From NCBI RefSeq assembly GCF_963921235.1, contig NC_086101.1, forward strand, positions 4,280,001-4,344,000: a stretch of 64,000 bases of DNA. Reading direction: 5' to 3'. Both the position numbers and the translations under genes were made by a program. Shown piece after piece: positions 36,381 through 49,774 of the stretch. The stretch is from Mobula hypostoma (lineage: Eukaryota). Position 1 is the stretch's first letter. Each line of letters starts with the position of its first letter. The notes under the pieces are model-generated. The model was given only the letters and a program-made list of their open reading frames with translations, had not been told where the DNA came from and did no database searches.

Positions 36381-36476
36381 CAGTCCTGACGAAGGGTCTC
36401 GGCCCGAAATATCGACTGTACCTCTTGCTGGAGCTGCTGCCTGGCCTGCTGCGTTCACCAGCGACTTTGATGTGTG
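36381..36476 (+). mobile_element. 96-bp Penelope-derived hammerhead insert
   Basis: TSD aagctaat at 36373-36380 and 36477-36484; cagtc-CTGACGA-aggg...ccc-GAAA-tATC-gactg; empty-site homologue present in reverse at about 48850-48890. Confidence 0.85.
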
Positions 36477-37347
36477 AAGCTAATTAATTAGGTGCTGCCT
36501 GACACGTAAATGTCGGCTCAGATCAGAGGCGACGCAATCGGCAATCACTCATGATATCCTGATAGCATGGCGGAGGCTCCATGAAAGAAGGCGAAAACAT
36601 ACAAATTCCATCCAGAATGGGAAGAGGAATTTCTATTTACCTTGGTGAAAGACAAGTGTGTATGTATGTTGTGCCACCAAACACAAGCACTGACTAAAAG
36701 AGAGAATCTGGAGCGGCACCACAACACCAACCACCAGGAATTTAAAGACACCTACCCCCCAGAGAGCGCAATTCGTGCCTGGAAAGTTGGGCTGAAATCG
36801 GGGTTGGAGGCCCAGCAATCGTTTTCCACAAAATAAGGCTGCAATTGAAGCATCATTTCATGTAAGTCACCATTTGGCTGAACACAAGAAGCCTGTTACA
36901 GATGGCGATTTATTCAAGGAAGCAACGGTCATTACGCAGAGACTGTTTTTAATGACTTTAAAAACAAAAACGGCATCACAACCGCAATAAATAATGTACC
37001 GCTTGGCCCTGCAACAGTGACAAGGAGGGTAGAGTCACCGTCAGAGGACGTGAATATTTTTCACTACAGTTCGATGAATCCCTGGATGTAATGCAAACAG
37101 CTCAGCTTGTTGTATTTGTCAGAATGGCTATCTAGGATTTTACCACAAAGGAGGACTTCCTCACTCTTTTGCAATTAAAGGAAAGAACGAGAGGTGAGGA
37201 TATTTACAATGAGTTTAAAAAATGTCCGTGAAAATGACATCCCCATTCATAAACTGGTGGCAATTACTACTGATGGGGCTGAGCATTTTCACAGATGAAA
37301 ATTATTAAATCTAAGTACAGGAGTTGACTTACTGACAGACTCCTGAC

Positions 37348-37782
37348 TAGGGTTGTCAACTTTCTCACTCCCAAATAACGGACAAGAGTAGCAGTCAAAT
37401 CCCGGGACATTTGTGTTTACCCCGAGAAAGACTACCATGACCATGAAGCCTTGCGCGGGCAACTGTGTGCGCATGCGTGTACGTGCCGATTTCTTTTCTT
37501 TACCCCACCAGTCGCTTTTGGCTTAATTTTCATTATTTCTACTTTATAGGCTGTGTATTTATCATATCATTCCTGCTTTTAATATATATTAGTGTTATTT
37601 TAGGTTTTATGTGTTATTTGGTATGATTTGATAGGTTATTTTTTTGGGTCTGGGAATGCTCAAAATTTTTTTCCATATAAATTAATGGTAATTGCTTCTT
37701 CGGTGTTAAGCATTTCGGCACGAAAGGTTTCATAGGAACGCTCTACCTTAGCGGGGGGAATACGGGACAGTTGGCAACCCTA
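37348..37782. mobile_element. hAT Blackjack-type MITE inside the hAT transposase
   Basis: TIRs tagggttgtcaact / agttggcaacccta; imperfect 8-bp TSD ctcctgac / cacctcac. Confidence 0.75.
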
Positions 37783-40700
37783 CACCTCACAGACTGTCTC
37801 AGACTGGCTGTCTGTAGTTATGAGCCAAATTTCAGGGAACTAGCAGAAAGTATTCAGCCCCAGTCATCACACTGAGTGCAACAGTCAATTTTTATTCATT
37901 TATTTTTCGTGTTGAAATAAAATTAAATAATGAAACTTAGAATTGAAGGTTTGAAGTATTGTAATATTCTTAAAGAAAGACAGCTATGGCCTGTTTGATA
38001 TGCTAGTTACAGTGTTTTCTCGTTTGAATTAATTTGAAAGTTTGACAAAGGTATTTTGTGTAATTCAAATACAATTCACCCAAATAAAAGACCTCAAATT
38101 GGAAGTACAGTCTGAGCTGTTTTTTCTCTAAACGATTTAGTAGGTAGATCTTGCCCTTCACTGAGGTCGAGGTAGGGGATCTTGGGCTTAAAAAGTTTGG
38201 TGACCACTAGTCTAAACTAATAACACACAAACAATTGTACTTGTCATCAATACTGAGTGCATCATATAAACAATCACAGTCTAAATTCAAAAGAGTATAT
38301 GAACCTCTGGGGTAATGCTTTCTACAAAAAGCTATTTGGAATCAGGTGTTCCAATCAATGAGATTAGATTGGAAGTGAAAGCCCTGCCCTATAAAAAAGG
38401 ACACACAACGTCAGGTTACTGACAGATCCTGTTCTTTTCAAGAAAGATCCGTTTATGTGCACCATGCCTCGATGAAAACAACTTTCAGTCCTTAGAAGAA
38501 GAATTGTAGAGATGCATGAAGCTGGAAAAGACTATAAAAACACACCTGAGTGTTCATCAGTCCACAGTGAGAGAAATTGTCTGCAAGTGAAGGAAATTCT
38601 GTACTGTTCCTACTCTCTGGAGGAGTGGGCATCCTGCAAAGATCATACCAAGAGTGTTCAATGCTGAAGGAGGTGAAAAAGAACCCAAGGATAACAGTAA
38701 AAGACCTGTAGAAATCTATAGAACTTGCAAAGGTCTCTGTTCATGTGTCCACTACAAGAAAAACACGAACAAGAATGGTGTTCATGGAAGAATACCTGCT
38801 TTCTCAAAACAAAAATTACTGCACATCTCAAAATTGCAAAAGACAACCTGGGTGTTCTACAATGCTTCTGGGACAATGTTCTGTGGACAGCTGAAACAAA
38901 AGTTGAACTTTTTGGCAGGAGTGCATAGTGCTATGTTTGGAGGAAAAAGGGCACTGCACGCCAACACCAAAACGTCATCCCACTGTGAAGCATGGTGGAA
39001 GGAGCATCATGGTTTGGGGCAGTTTTGCTGCCTCAGGGCATGGACAGCTTGCAATTGTTGAGGGAACAATAAATTCCAAATTATATCAAAGCATTTTATA
39101 GAAGAATGTTAGGGTAGCGGTCTGTCACTTGAAGCTTAATAGAAGTTGGATGATGCAACAAGAGGATGATGTGAAACACAAGAGTAAATCAACAAGAGAA
39201 GGGTTTAAAAAGAAGAAAATTTGTGTTTTGTATCCAGACCTTAACCCAATTGAGATGCTGTGGAATGAGCTGAAGAGAGCTGTTCATGCATGGTATTCCA
39301 GAAATATTGATGAACAGTGGTCAATGAAGACGTGAAAAGAATAATTGTCTCTGTGTTATTAGTTTAAGCAGATTGTGATTGTCTGTTATTTTGACTTACC
39401 GATGATTAGACCACATTTTATGAGCAATTAACGCAGAAAAGCAGGTAATTGCAAAGGGTTTACAAACTTTTTCTTGCAACTGTATTTAGAATGTAAGAAA
39501 CTTTTTAACATGGCGTGAAGTTTTTGTTTTAATAGCCCTATAGGGCTTTCCAGAAAGGAGCTTTTGGAAACAGCCATTTGCAGGGTTGGTAGTGCCGGGA
39601 ATGAATTTTCCTGTCCGCTTCTTTATCCTGGACACGTGCAAACCCTGAAGTGATGGTAGACTGCAGTCTTTTCAGCTGACCTGATAGTTGCAGGAGTCGT
39701 GTAGCTGGTGACCTGGCAGGAGAAATGGAAATGTGAACAGGCAGTTAGCACAGGGCACCCCTGTGACTATTCCCCTCAATAATAAGTATACTGATTTGGA
39801 TATACTGTTCTGGGGGATGACCTCCCAGTGGGATGCCACGGAGACTGGGTTACTGACACTGAGCATAGGTCTGGTGCAGAAGGGAAAGGAGGAGGAGAGT
39901 AGTGATGGGGACTTGATAGTCAGGGGAACAGATAAGATATTCTGTGGATGTGAATGGGATACCTGAATGGTATGTTGCTTCCCAGGTGCCGGGATCAAAG
40001 TTAAATTGGATAGATATATGGACAGGAAAGGACCGGAGGCTTATGGGCTGTGTGCAGGTCAGTGGGTTAGGTGAGAGTAAGAGTTCGGCATGGACTAGAA
40101 TGGCCGAGATGGTCTGTTTCCGTGCTGTAATTGTTATATGGTTATATAGGATCAGGGACATCTCTGATCACATTCGCAGCATTTTGGAGGGGGAGGGAGA
40201 ATAGCCTGATGTCTTGGTACATATTAGTACCAATGACACAGGAAGGAAAAACAAAGAAGTCCTGAAAAGAGAATTTAGAGAGCTAGGTAGAAAGCTGAGA
40301 AGCAGAACTGCAGGGTAGTAATTTCTGGATTGCTGCCTGTGCCACAAGCCAGTAAGGGTAGAAACAGGATGACTTGGCAGACAGATGCGTGGTTGAGAAG
40401 CTGGTGCAGGGGCCAGGGCTTCAGCTTCTTGGATCGTTGGGATCTCTTCTGCGGGAGGTATGACCTGTTCAAAAGTGATGAGTTGCAGCTGAACCCAAGG
40501 GGGACCAATATTCTCACGGGCAGGTTTGTTAGAGCTGTTGGGGAGGGTTTAAACTAACTTGGCAGGGGGGTGAGAACCAGAGTGAAGGGGCTCAGGAAAG
40601 GACATGGTTAAAAAAAACAAAGATAACGTGCAGTCAGACTGTCAGGAAGAGCAGACAGATGTTGGGACTGAGTTGCAGCCAGCTGGGTGAGTAACAGTGA

Positions 40701-42535
40701 ATTAGGGATGGAGATTCAAAAGGGTAGCAAATACAGTACTCAGTGTTATATCTCAATGCATGGAGTATAAGAACCAAGGTGGATGATCTTGTTGCACTAT
40801 TACAGATTGCCAGGTATGATGTTGTGGCCATCACTGAATCGTGGCTGAAGGATGGTTGTAGTTGGGAGCTGAATGTCCAAGGTTACACATTATATCGGAT
40901 TGATAGGAACGTAGGCAGAGCGGGTGGTGTGGCTCTACTGGTAAAGAATGGCATCAAATCAGTAGAAAGATGTGACACAGGATCGAAAGATGTTGAATAC
41001 TTTTGGGATGAGTTAAGAAACTGCAAGAGTAAAAGCACCCTGATGGCAGTTGTATACAGGGCTCCAAACAGAAGCTGGGATGTGGCTCAGATTAAAAGAG
41101 AAAAGATGTGTCAGAAGGGCACATAGTCATGGGAGATTTCAACATGCAAGTCGATTGGGAAAATCAGGCTGGTAATAGACCTTAAGAGAGTGAGTTCATT
41201 GAATGCCTACAAGATGTCTTTTTAGAGTAGTTTGTCATTGAGCCTACTGGGGATCAGCGATACTGGATTGAGTGTTTTTGTAATAAACTGGAGCTGATTA
41301 GAAAGCTTAAGGTAAAAGAATCCTTAGGAGGCAGTGATTACAATATGATTGAGTTCAACTTGAAATTTGATAGGGAGAAAGTGAAGTTTGATGTAGCAGT
41401 GGAGTAAGGGAAATTACGATGGTACGAGAGAGGAGTTGGCCAAAGTAAATTGGAAGGAGAAGAGGAAGGTGCCAGATAGATGTATTCCAAAAACAAAGAA
41501 ATACTCAAATGGCAAAATAGTACAACTGTGGCTGGCAAGGGAAATCAAAGCTAGTGTAAAAGCAAAAGAGAGGGCATACAACAAAACAAAAGTTAGTGGG
41601 AAGACAGAGGATTCGGAAGCTTTTAAAAACCTACAGAGAACAACTAAAATAATCATTAGGAGGGAAAAGATAAAATATGAAAGCAAACTTGTAAAATATC
41701 AAAGTGGACAGTAAAAGCTTTTTCAAGTATGTACAAAATAAAAGAGAGATGCGAGTGGATATAGGACTGCTAGAAAGTAGGCCAGAGATATAATAACAGA
41801 TGACAAGGCGATGTCAGATGAACTAAATGATTATTTTGTATCAGTCTTCACTGTGGAAGACACTAGCCAGATATTGAAGGGTGTGAGGGAAGAGAAGTGA
41901 CTGCAGTTACTATTACATGGAAGAAGTGCTCAAAAAGCTGAAAGACCTAAGGGTACATAAGTCACCTGTACCAGATGAACTGCATCCTAGGGTTCTGAAA
42001 CAGGTAGTGGTAGAGATTGTAGAGGCATTAGTAATGATCTTCCAGAAATCATTCGACTCTGGCATGATGCCAGAGGACTGGATTGCAAACATCACTCCAC
42101 AGGAGAAGGAGGAAGGCAGCTGAAACAAAATTATAGACCAGTTAGCCTAACCTCAGTGTTGGGGAAGAATTGTTAATGATGAGGTCATGGAGCACTTGGT
42201 GACACAGGATAAGTCAACAGAGTTTCCTTAAGGGAATATCTTGCCTGACGAACCTGTTGGAATTTATTGCGGAGATTATAAGTAGGATAGATAAAGGGGA
42301 TGCAACAGATGCTGTATATTTGGACTTTCAGAAGGCCTTCAACAAGGTGCCACTCAGGCTGCTTACCAAGTTAAGAGCGCGTGGTGTTACAGGAAGGTTA
42401 CTGGGATGGTTAGAGCATTGGCTGATTGGTAGGAGGCAGCGAGTGGTTCCGCTGGGGTTCGTGTTGGGATCACTTCACTTTATGCAATTTATCAATGATT
42501 TAGATGATGGAACAGATGGGTTTGTTGCCAGGTTT

Positions 42536-44222
42536 ATAACCATATTGCAATTACAGCATGGAAACAGGCCATCTCGGCCGTTCTAGTCCGTGCCGAACTC
42601 TTACTCTCACCTAGTCCCACCGACCTGCACGCAGCCCATAACCCTCCATTCCTTTCCTGTCCATATATCTATCCAATTTAACTTTAAATGACAGCATCGA
42701 ACCTACCTCAACCACTTCTGTTGGAAGCTCGTCCACACAGCTACCACTCTCTGAGTAAAGAAGTTCCCCCTCATGTTACCCCTAAACTTTTGCCCTTTAA
42801 CTCTCAACTCATGTCCTCTTGTTTGAATCTCCCCCACTCTCAATGGAAAAAGCCTATCCACGTCAACTCTATCTATCCACCTCATAATTTTAAATACCTC
42901 TATCAAGTCCCCCTTCAACCTTCTACGCTCCAGAGAATAGACCCAACTTGTTCAACCTTTCTCTGTAACTTAGGAGATGAAACCCAGGCAACATTCTAGT
43001 AAATCTCCTCTGTACTCTCTCAATTTTATTGACACCTTTCCGATAATTCGGTGACCAGAACTGTACACAATACTCCAAATTTGGCTTTACCAATGCCTTA
43101 TACAATTTCACATTGCATCTCAACTCCTATACTCAATGCTCTGATTTATAAAGGCCAGCATACCAAATGCTTTCTTCACCACCCTATCCACATGAGATTC
43201 CACCTTTAGGGAACTATGCACCATTATTCCTAGATCCCTCTGTTCTACTGCATTCTTCAATGCCCTATCATTTACCATCTATGTTCTATTTTGATTAGTC
43301 CAACCAAAACGTAGCACTTCACACTTATCAGCATTAAACTCCATCTGCCATCGTTCAGCCCACTCTTCTAACTGGCCTAAATCTCTCTGCAAGCTTTGAA
43401 AACCTACTTCATTATCCACAACTCCACCTATCTTAGTATCGCCTGCATACTTACTAATCCAATTTGCCACCCCATCATCCAGATCATTAATATATATGAC
43501 AAACAAAATTGGACCCAGTACAGATCCCTGAGGCTCACCACTAGTCACCGGCCTCCAACTTGACAAACAGTTATCCACCACTACTCTCTGGTGTCTCCCA
43601 TCCAGCCACTGCTGAATCCATTTCACTACTTAGATATTAATACCTAACGATTGAACCTTCCTAACTAACCTTCTGTGTGGAACCTTGTCAAAGGCCTTAC
43701 TGAAGTCCATATAGACAACATCCACCGCTTTACCCTCGTCAACTTTCCTAGTAACCTCATCAAAAAATTCAGTAAGATTTTTCAAACATGACCTTCCACG
43801 CACAAATCCATGTTGACTGTTCCTAATCAGACCCTGTCTATCCAGATAATTATATATGCCACCTCCAAGAATACTTTCCATCAATTTACCCACCACTGAC
43901 GTCAAACTCACAGGCCGACAGTTGCCAGGTTTACTCTTAGAACCCTTTTTAAACAATGGAACAACATGAGCAATACGCCAATCCTCCGGCACCATCCCCG
44001 TTTCTAATGACATTTGAAATATTTCTGTCAGAGCCCCTGCTATTTCCACATTAACTTCCCTCGAGGGCCTAGAGAATATCCTGTCCGGACCCGGAGACTT
44101 ATCCACTTTTATATTTCTTAAAAGCGCCAGTACTTCCTCTTCTTTCATCATCATACTTTCCATAACTACCCTTTTTGTTTTCCCTACCTTACTCAATTCA
44201 ATATCCTTCTCCTTAGTGAATA
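42536..44222 (-). mobile_element. 5'-truncated CR1 LINE nested antisense
   Basis: ORFs 43630-44364, 43279-43626, 42923-43123 with RT motifs. Confidence 0.9.
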
Positions 44223-44475
44223 CCAAAGTTTGCAGATGATATGAAGATTGATGGAGGAGCAGGTAGTTTTGAGCAAACAGATAGGTTGCAGAAGGAAATG
44301 ACAGATTTGGAGAATGGGCAGGAAAGTGGCAGATGAAATACAATGTTGGAAAATGCACGGTCATGCATTTTGATAGAAGAAATAAATTTACAGACTATTT
44401 TCCAAACAGGGATAAAATCCAATAATCTGAGATGCAAAGGGACCAGGAAGTCCTTGTGCAGAACACCCTAAAGGT

Positions 44476-47222
44476 TTTTTAATTATGACATTATAGTCAT
44501 TAGTGAAACTTGGCTGCAGGAGGGACAGGACTGGCAGCCTAATGTTCCAGGGTTCTGATTTTTCAGACGTAATGGAGGCAGAGGAATGAAGAGTCGGGGA
44601 GGGGGGTGGCATTGCTAGTTAGGGAAGATGTTACAGCAGTGCTCAGGCAGGACAGATTAGAAGGCTTGTCTACCGAGGCCATATGGGTGGAGCTGAGAAA
44701 CAGGAAAGGTATGACCACTTTAATGGTGTTGTATTATAGACCACCCAATAGTCAGCGAGAATTGGAGGAGCAAATCTGCAGAGAGATAGCAGGCAATTGC
44801 AGGAAACATAAAGTTGTGATAGTAGGGGATTTTAATTTTCCACATATTGATTGGGATTCCCATACTGTTAAAGGTCTAGACGGGTTAGAGTTTGTAAAAT
44901 GTGTTCAGGAAAGTTTTCTAAAACAATATATGGAGGTACCAACTAGAGAGGATGCAATATTAGATCTCCTATTAGGAATCGAGTCAGGACAGGTAACGGA
45001 AGTGTGCGTAGGGGAACATTTTGGTTCCGGTGATCATAACACCATTAGTTTCAACTTGATCATGGCTAAAGATAGATCTGGTCCTCGGTTGAGGTTCTAA
45101 ACTGGAAAAAGGCCAAAGTTGAAGAAATGAGAAAGGATCTAAAAGCGTGGATTGGGACAGGTTGTTCTCTGGCAAGGATGTGATTGTTAAGTGGGAGGCC
45201 TTTAAAGGAGAAATTTTGAGAGTGCAGAGTTTGTACGTTCCTGTCAGGATTAAAGGCAAAGTGAATAAGAATAAGGAACCTTGTTTCTCAAGGGAAATTG
45301 GAACTCTGATAAAGAAGAAGAGAGAGATGTACGACATGTATGGGAAACGAAGCAAATAAAGTGCTTGAGGAGTATAAAAAGTGCAAAAAAATTTCTTTAA
45401 GTAAGAAATCAGGAGGGCTAAAAGAAGACATGAGGTTGCTTTGGCAGTCAAGGTGAAGGATAATCCAAAGAGCTTCTACAGCAAAAGGATAGTAAGGGAT
45501 AAAATTGGTCCTCTTGAAAATCAGAGTGGTTGGCTATGTATGGAACCAAAAGAAATGAGGGAGATCTTAAATGGGTTTTTTTGCATCTGTATGTACTAAG
45601 GAAACTGGCATGGAGTCAGTGGAAGTAAGGCAAACAAGTAATGAGGTCATGGAACCTATACAGATTGAGGAGGAGGAGGTGCTTGCTATCTTGAGGCAAA
45701 TCAGAGTCGATAAATCCCCAGGACCTGACAGGGTATTCCCTCAGACCTTGAAGGAGACTAGTGTTGAAATTGCAGGGCCCCTAGCAGATATATTTAAAAT
45801 GTTGGTATCTACGGGTGAGGTGCCGGAGGATTGGAGGATAGCTCATGTTGTTCCGTTATTTAAAAAAGGCTCAAAGTAATCCGGGAAATTATAGGCCGGT
45901 AAGTTTGACGTCGGTAGTAGGTAAATTATTGGAAGGATCTACAAGTATTTGGATGGACAGGGACTTATTACAGAGAGTCAACATGGCTTTATGCGTGGTA
46001 GGTCATGTTTAACCAATCTATTAGAGTTTTTCGAGGAGGTTACCAGGAAAGTGGATGAAGGGAAGGCAGTGGATGTTGTCTACATGGACTTCAGTAAAGC
46101 CTTTGACAAGGTCCCGCAAGGGAGCTTAGTTAGGAAGATTCAGTCACTAGATAGAGATGGAGAGGTTGTAAATTGGATTAGACATTGACTCAATGGAAGA
46201 AGCCAAAGAGTGGTAGTAGAGAATTGCTTCTCCGAGTGGAGGCCTGTGACTAGTGGTGTGCCACAGGGATCAGTGCTGGGTCCATTGTTATTTGTCATCT
46301 ATATCAATGATCTGGATGATACAAAGATTGGAGGTGTAGTGGACAGTAAGGAAGGTTTTCAAAGCTTGCGGAGGGATTTTGACCAGCTGGAAAAATGGGC
46401 TGAAAAATGGCAGATGGAGTTTAATACAGACAGGTGTGAGGTATTGCACTTTGGAAGGCCAAACCAAGGTAGAACATACAAGGTAAATGGTAGGGCACTG
46501 AGGAGTGCAGTAGAACAGAGGGATCTGGGAACACGGATACAAAATTCCGTAAAAGTGTCGTCACAGGTAGATAGGGTCGTAAAGAGAGCTTTTGGTCCAT
46601 TGGCCTTTATAAATCAAAGTATTGAGTATAAGAGCTGGAATGTTATGATGAGGTTGTATAAGGCATTGGTGAGGCCAGATCTGGAGTATTGTGTTCAGTT
46701 TTGGTCACCAAATTACAGGAAGGATATTAATAAGGTTGAAAGAGTGCAGAGAAGGTTTACAAGGATGTTGCCGGGACTTGAGAAACTCAGTTACAGAGAA
46801 AGGTTGAATAGGTTAGGACTTTATTCCCTGGAGCATAGAAGAATGAGGGGAGATTTGATAGAGGTATATAAAATTATGATGGGTATAGATAGAGTGAATG
46901 CAAGCAGACTTTTTCCACTGAGGCAAGGGGAGAAAAAAACCAGAGGACATGGGTTAAGGGTGAAGGGGGAAAAATTTAAAGGGAACATCAGTGGGGGTTT
47001 CTTCACACAGAGAGTGGTGGGAATGTGGAATGATCTGCCAGATGAAGTGGTAAATGCGGGCTCACTTTTAACATTTAAGAAAAACTTGGACAGGTACATA
47101 GATGAGAGGTGTATGGAGGGATATGGTCCAGGTGCAGGTCAGTGGGACCAGGCAGAAAAATGGTTCGGCACAGCCAAGAAGGGCCAAAAGGCCTGTTTCT
47201 GTGCTGTAATGTTATATGGTTC
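44476..47222 (+). mobile_element. CR1 LINE ORF2 (APE + RT) nested in the sense orientation
   Basis: YYRPPNS, VGDFNFP, LDLLL, GDHN; RT; its own 3' tail ctgtaatgttatatggttct. Confidence 0.9.
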
Positions 47223-48654
47223 TGTGGTTATCTTGCAAGTTGAGTCGGTGGTGAGGAAGGCAAATGCAATGTTAACATTCATATCAAGGCGTCTTGAATA
47301 CAAGAGCGGGGATGTGATGCTGAGGCTTTATAAGGCCGCGGTGAGGCCTCACTTTGAGTATTGTGAACAGTTTTGGGTTCCTCATCTAAGAAAAGACGTG
47401 CTGGCATTGGAGAGGGTTCAGAGGAGGTTCTCAAGGATGATTCCGGGAATGAAAGGGTTATCATATGAGGAACATTTGATAGCTCTGGATTTGTACTCGC
47501 TGGAATTCAGAAGGATGGGGGATGGATCTCATTGAAACCTTTCGAATGTTGAAAGACGAGTAGACGTGGAAAGGATGTTTCCCATGGTGGGAGAGTCTAG
47601 CACAAGAGGGCACAGCCTCATGATGGAGGGGCGTCCATTTAAAACAGAGATGTGGAGAAATTCCTTTAGCCAGAGGTTGGCGAATTTGTGGAATTTATTA
47701 CCACAGGTGGCTGTGGAGGCCAGGCCGTTGGGTGTACTTAAGGCAGAGATTGATAGGTTCTTGATTGGACACAGCATCAAAGGTTACGGGGAGAAGGCCG
47801 GGATACGGGCTTGAGGAGGAGAAGAAAAAAGGATCAGCCATGATTGAATGACAGAGTAGACTCAATGGGCCAAATGGCCTAATTCTGCTCCTGTGTCTTA
47901 TGGTGGTAGTGTAGAATTGCACCAGTCTGTTTTGGGGAAGGCGAAAGGATGCTGCACCCAACCAGACGGTAATGGCTTGTCATTGTTGACATTTGTTGTT
48001 TGTGGCAGCAGCTGAGTGTAAGACATTAAAAATGAATGATGTGAAAGAGGAATAATGGGATAGTATTTATGATCCATGGACAGTTCAGATTACAGATGGA
48101 GGAGGGGAAGAAGCCATTCCTAACCTGGAAAAGTGTGAGGTGATTCATTTTGGAAGGTCAAGTTTGAAGGCAGAGTGCAGGCAACATTCCCTCTAATTGT
48201 TTTTACAGCTGTTGACCAACTATCACTCACAGCAGGACTGAAAACTGCACATGTCTTTGACTTACTTTGTAATATTACTTTGTAATATGCATACTATGAA
48301 TATTTAGAATGAAAATTGAAAAACCGTACTTTCATTTTCATTTTAAAATCTTTTTAAATTATTATTAAAGATCGACAAAAAAAATACATTAAGGTAATCA
48401 AGTCAACATGTCAATATGTACAATGAAGAATTAAATTACCAAATAACTGATTAACAAAGCTAAACAATATATCAATAATAGGAAGTAAAAATGAAGTGTT
48501 AAGAATATTTTTATTTTCATTTTGTTTATTAGTTGAAGGGTATAATGAAATACAGTACAACAAAGAAGATGTTTCATGTTTCATAAACTTTTTTAACTGC
48601 GTCCAATTCCAGCTGTGAGGCAACAAAGGCCATGTGTGTGGGAGCAGTTCAGTA

Positions 48655-49698
48655 CAGGTTTCCCCCGCCATCTGAAGGTAGAGCGTTCCTATGAAACGGT
48701 TCGTAAGCCGGAATGTCGTAAAGCGAAGAAGCCATTACCATTAATTTATATGGGAAAAATTCGTGAGCGTTCGCAGACCCAAAAATAACCTACCAAATCA
48801 TGCCAAATAACAATCGCCTCTGATCTGGGCCGACATTTACGTGCCAGGTGGCACCTAATTAATTAGCTTGTTTATTTCGGCTTTTTTTCTTAAAGATGTG
48901 CTGGGTGCGTCCCGGCTACTGCTGCATTCTTCACAGATCGGTATCTGTCCACGGCCTGGTGGTTGGGGTGGTGGGACACTGGGGTGTCATCTCATCATCG
49001 TCTGTTTCCATCAGGGCAGGCAGGTCATCTTCTATGTCTGCCTGCCTCAATGTCAAAGGTCGAGGTTCGTCGTCTGCTATGGCTGATGTGGAAGGCTTGC
49101 TTGACTGTTTAGCCTCGCGCATTTTTCTATCATACAGTTCTTTGTAAGGACTCAAACCATCTTGCAAATATGCCCCAAATCGACGTACCCTTTCAAAATT
49201 AAAGTTGTACTTTATCATTGCAGCAAAAATCTCACGCAGTTGCTTCACGTTCAGTTCCTGGACGACTTCACTTTCGGTCCGTTCGCTACTGCATTCGGTT
49301 TCGATAGTTATCCTTTCCTCTTCAGCATCACCTTCGTCAACTTCCACAAGCCAAACTCACTTTGTCCTTACTTCGTTCACCACGATCGAAAGGCTTAATT
49401 ATGTCTAGTTTTACGCGAAGTGTAACACCCTTACAAGCTCTTGTAGGCTTTTCTGGTACGTTAGAACTCATCTTGCAAATGGATGCTCACAGGCATGTGT
49501 TTAAGCAATGCCAGCTAGAATGCAGTTCTGAATCCGGGGGAGGAGCGGCTGCTCGGGGCGCGCGCTGCTTTTTTTCGCTTGCTGCCTTTTTTCGTAACAG
49601 TGAAAGCACCTTCTGTTAGCGAAAACAGGTAACTAATGTAGGTCTTTCGTAACAGTGAGGTTTCGTAAAGCGAACGTTGGAAAATTGGGGGACACCTG
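48655..49698 (-). mobile_element. Tigger/pogo-like transposon deletion derivative
   Basis: TA|caggtttccccc ... gggggacacctg|TA; C-terminal transposase-like remnant L.VKQLREIF...YKELY..K...KQS. Confidence 0.8.
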
Positions 49699-49774
49699 TA
49701 ACTGCATGGTCGCACTCCCACACAGCTTGGAGGAAACAGCGATGGCAAGGTGCTTCAGTGTGGAGGAACCTCCA

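Larger units (their letters stand above)
35927..38209 (+). mobile_element. hAT Buster/Charlie (SPIN/GTF2IRD2-like) transposon, internally deleted, inside the Tc1
   Basis: TIRs caggggtcgccaac / gtttggtgaccacta; TSD gtctacac / gtctaaac; BED-like CVCMLC...NLERHH.T.H, FSLQFDES.DV..AQL.VFVR, ITTDGA, KSKYRS motifs. Confidence 0.88.
35805..39482 (+). mobile_element. Tc1-like transposon with both TIRs, decayed transposase about 38464-39330
   Basis: TA|cagttggaagaaaaagtttgtgaaccctttgcaattacc ... ggtaattgcaaagggtttacaaactttttcttgcaactg|TA; LWTAETKVELFG, QEDD.KH.SKST, PDLNPIEMLW. Confidence 0.92.
39700..47905 (+). mobile_element. Long CR1 LINE (ORF1, APE, RT, 3' tail) split by two further CR1 insertions
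   Basis: ORF1 esterase remnants 39850-40557; APE YLNAWSI, AITESWL; RT continues at 44225-44475 and again from 47226 to the tail; same subfamily as 1-2289. Confidence 0.88.

Noticed and set aside
46210..47535. 441-aa RT ORF as a functional or domesticated gene
   Set aside because: Chance in-frame read-through from the nested CR1 into the host CR1; the FADD motif region is deleted
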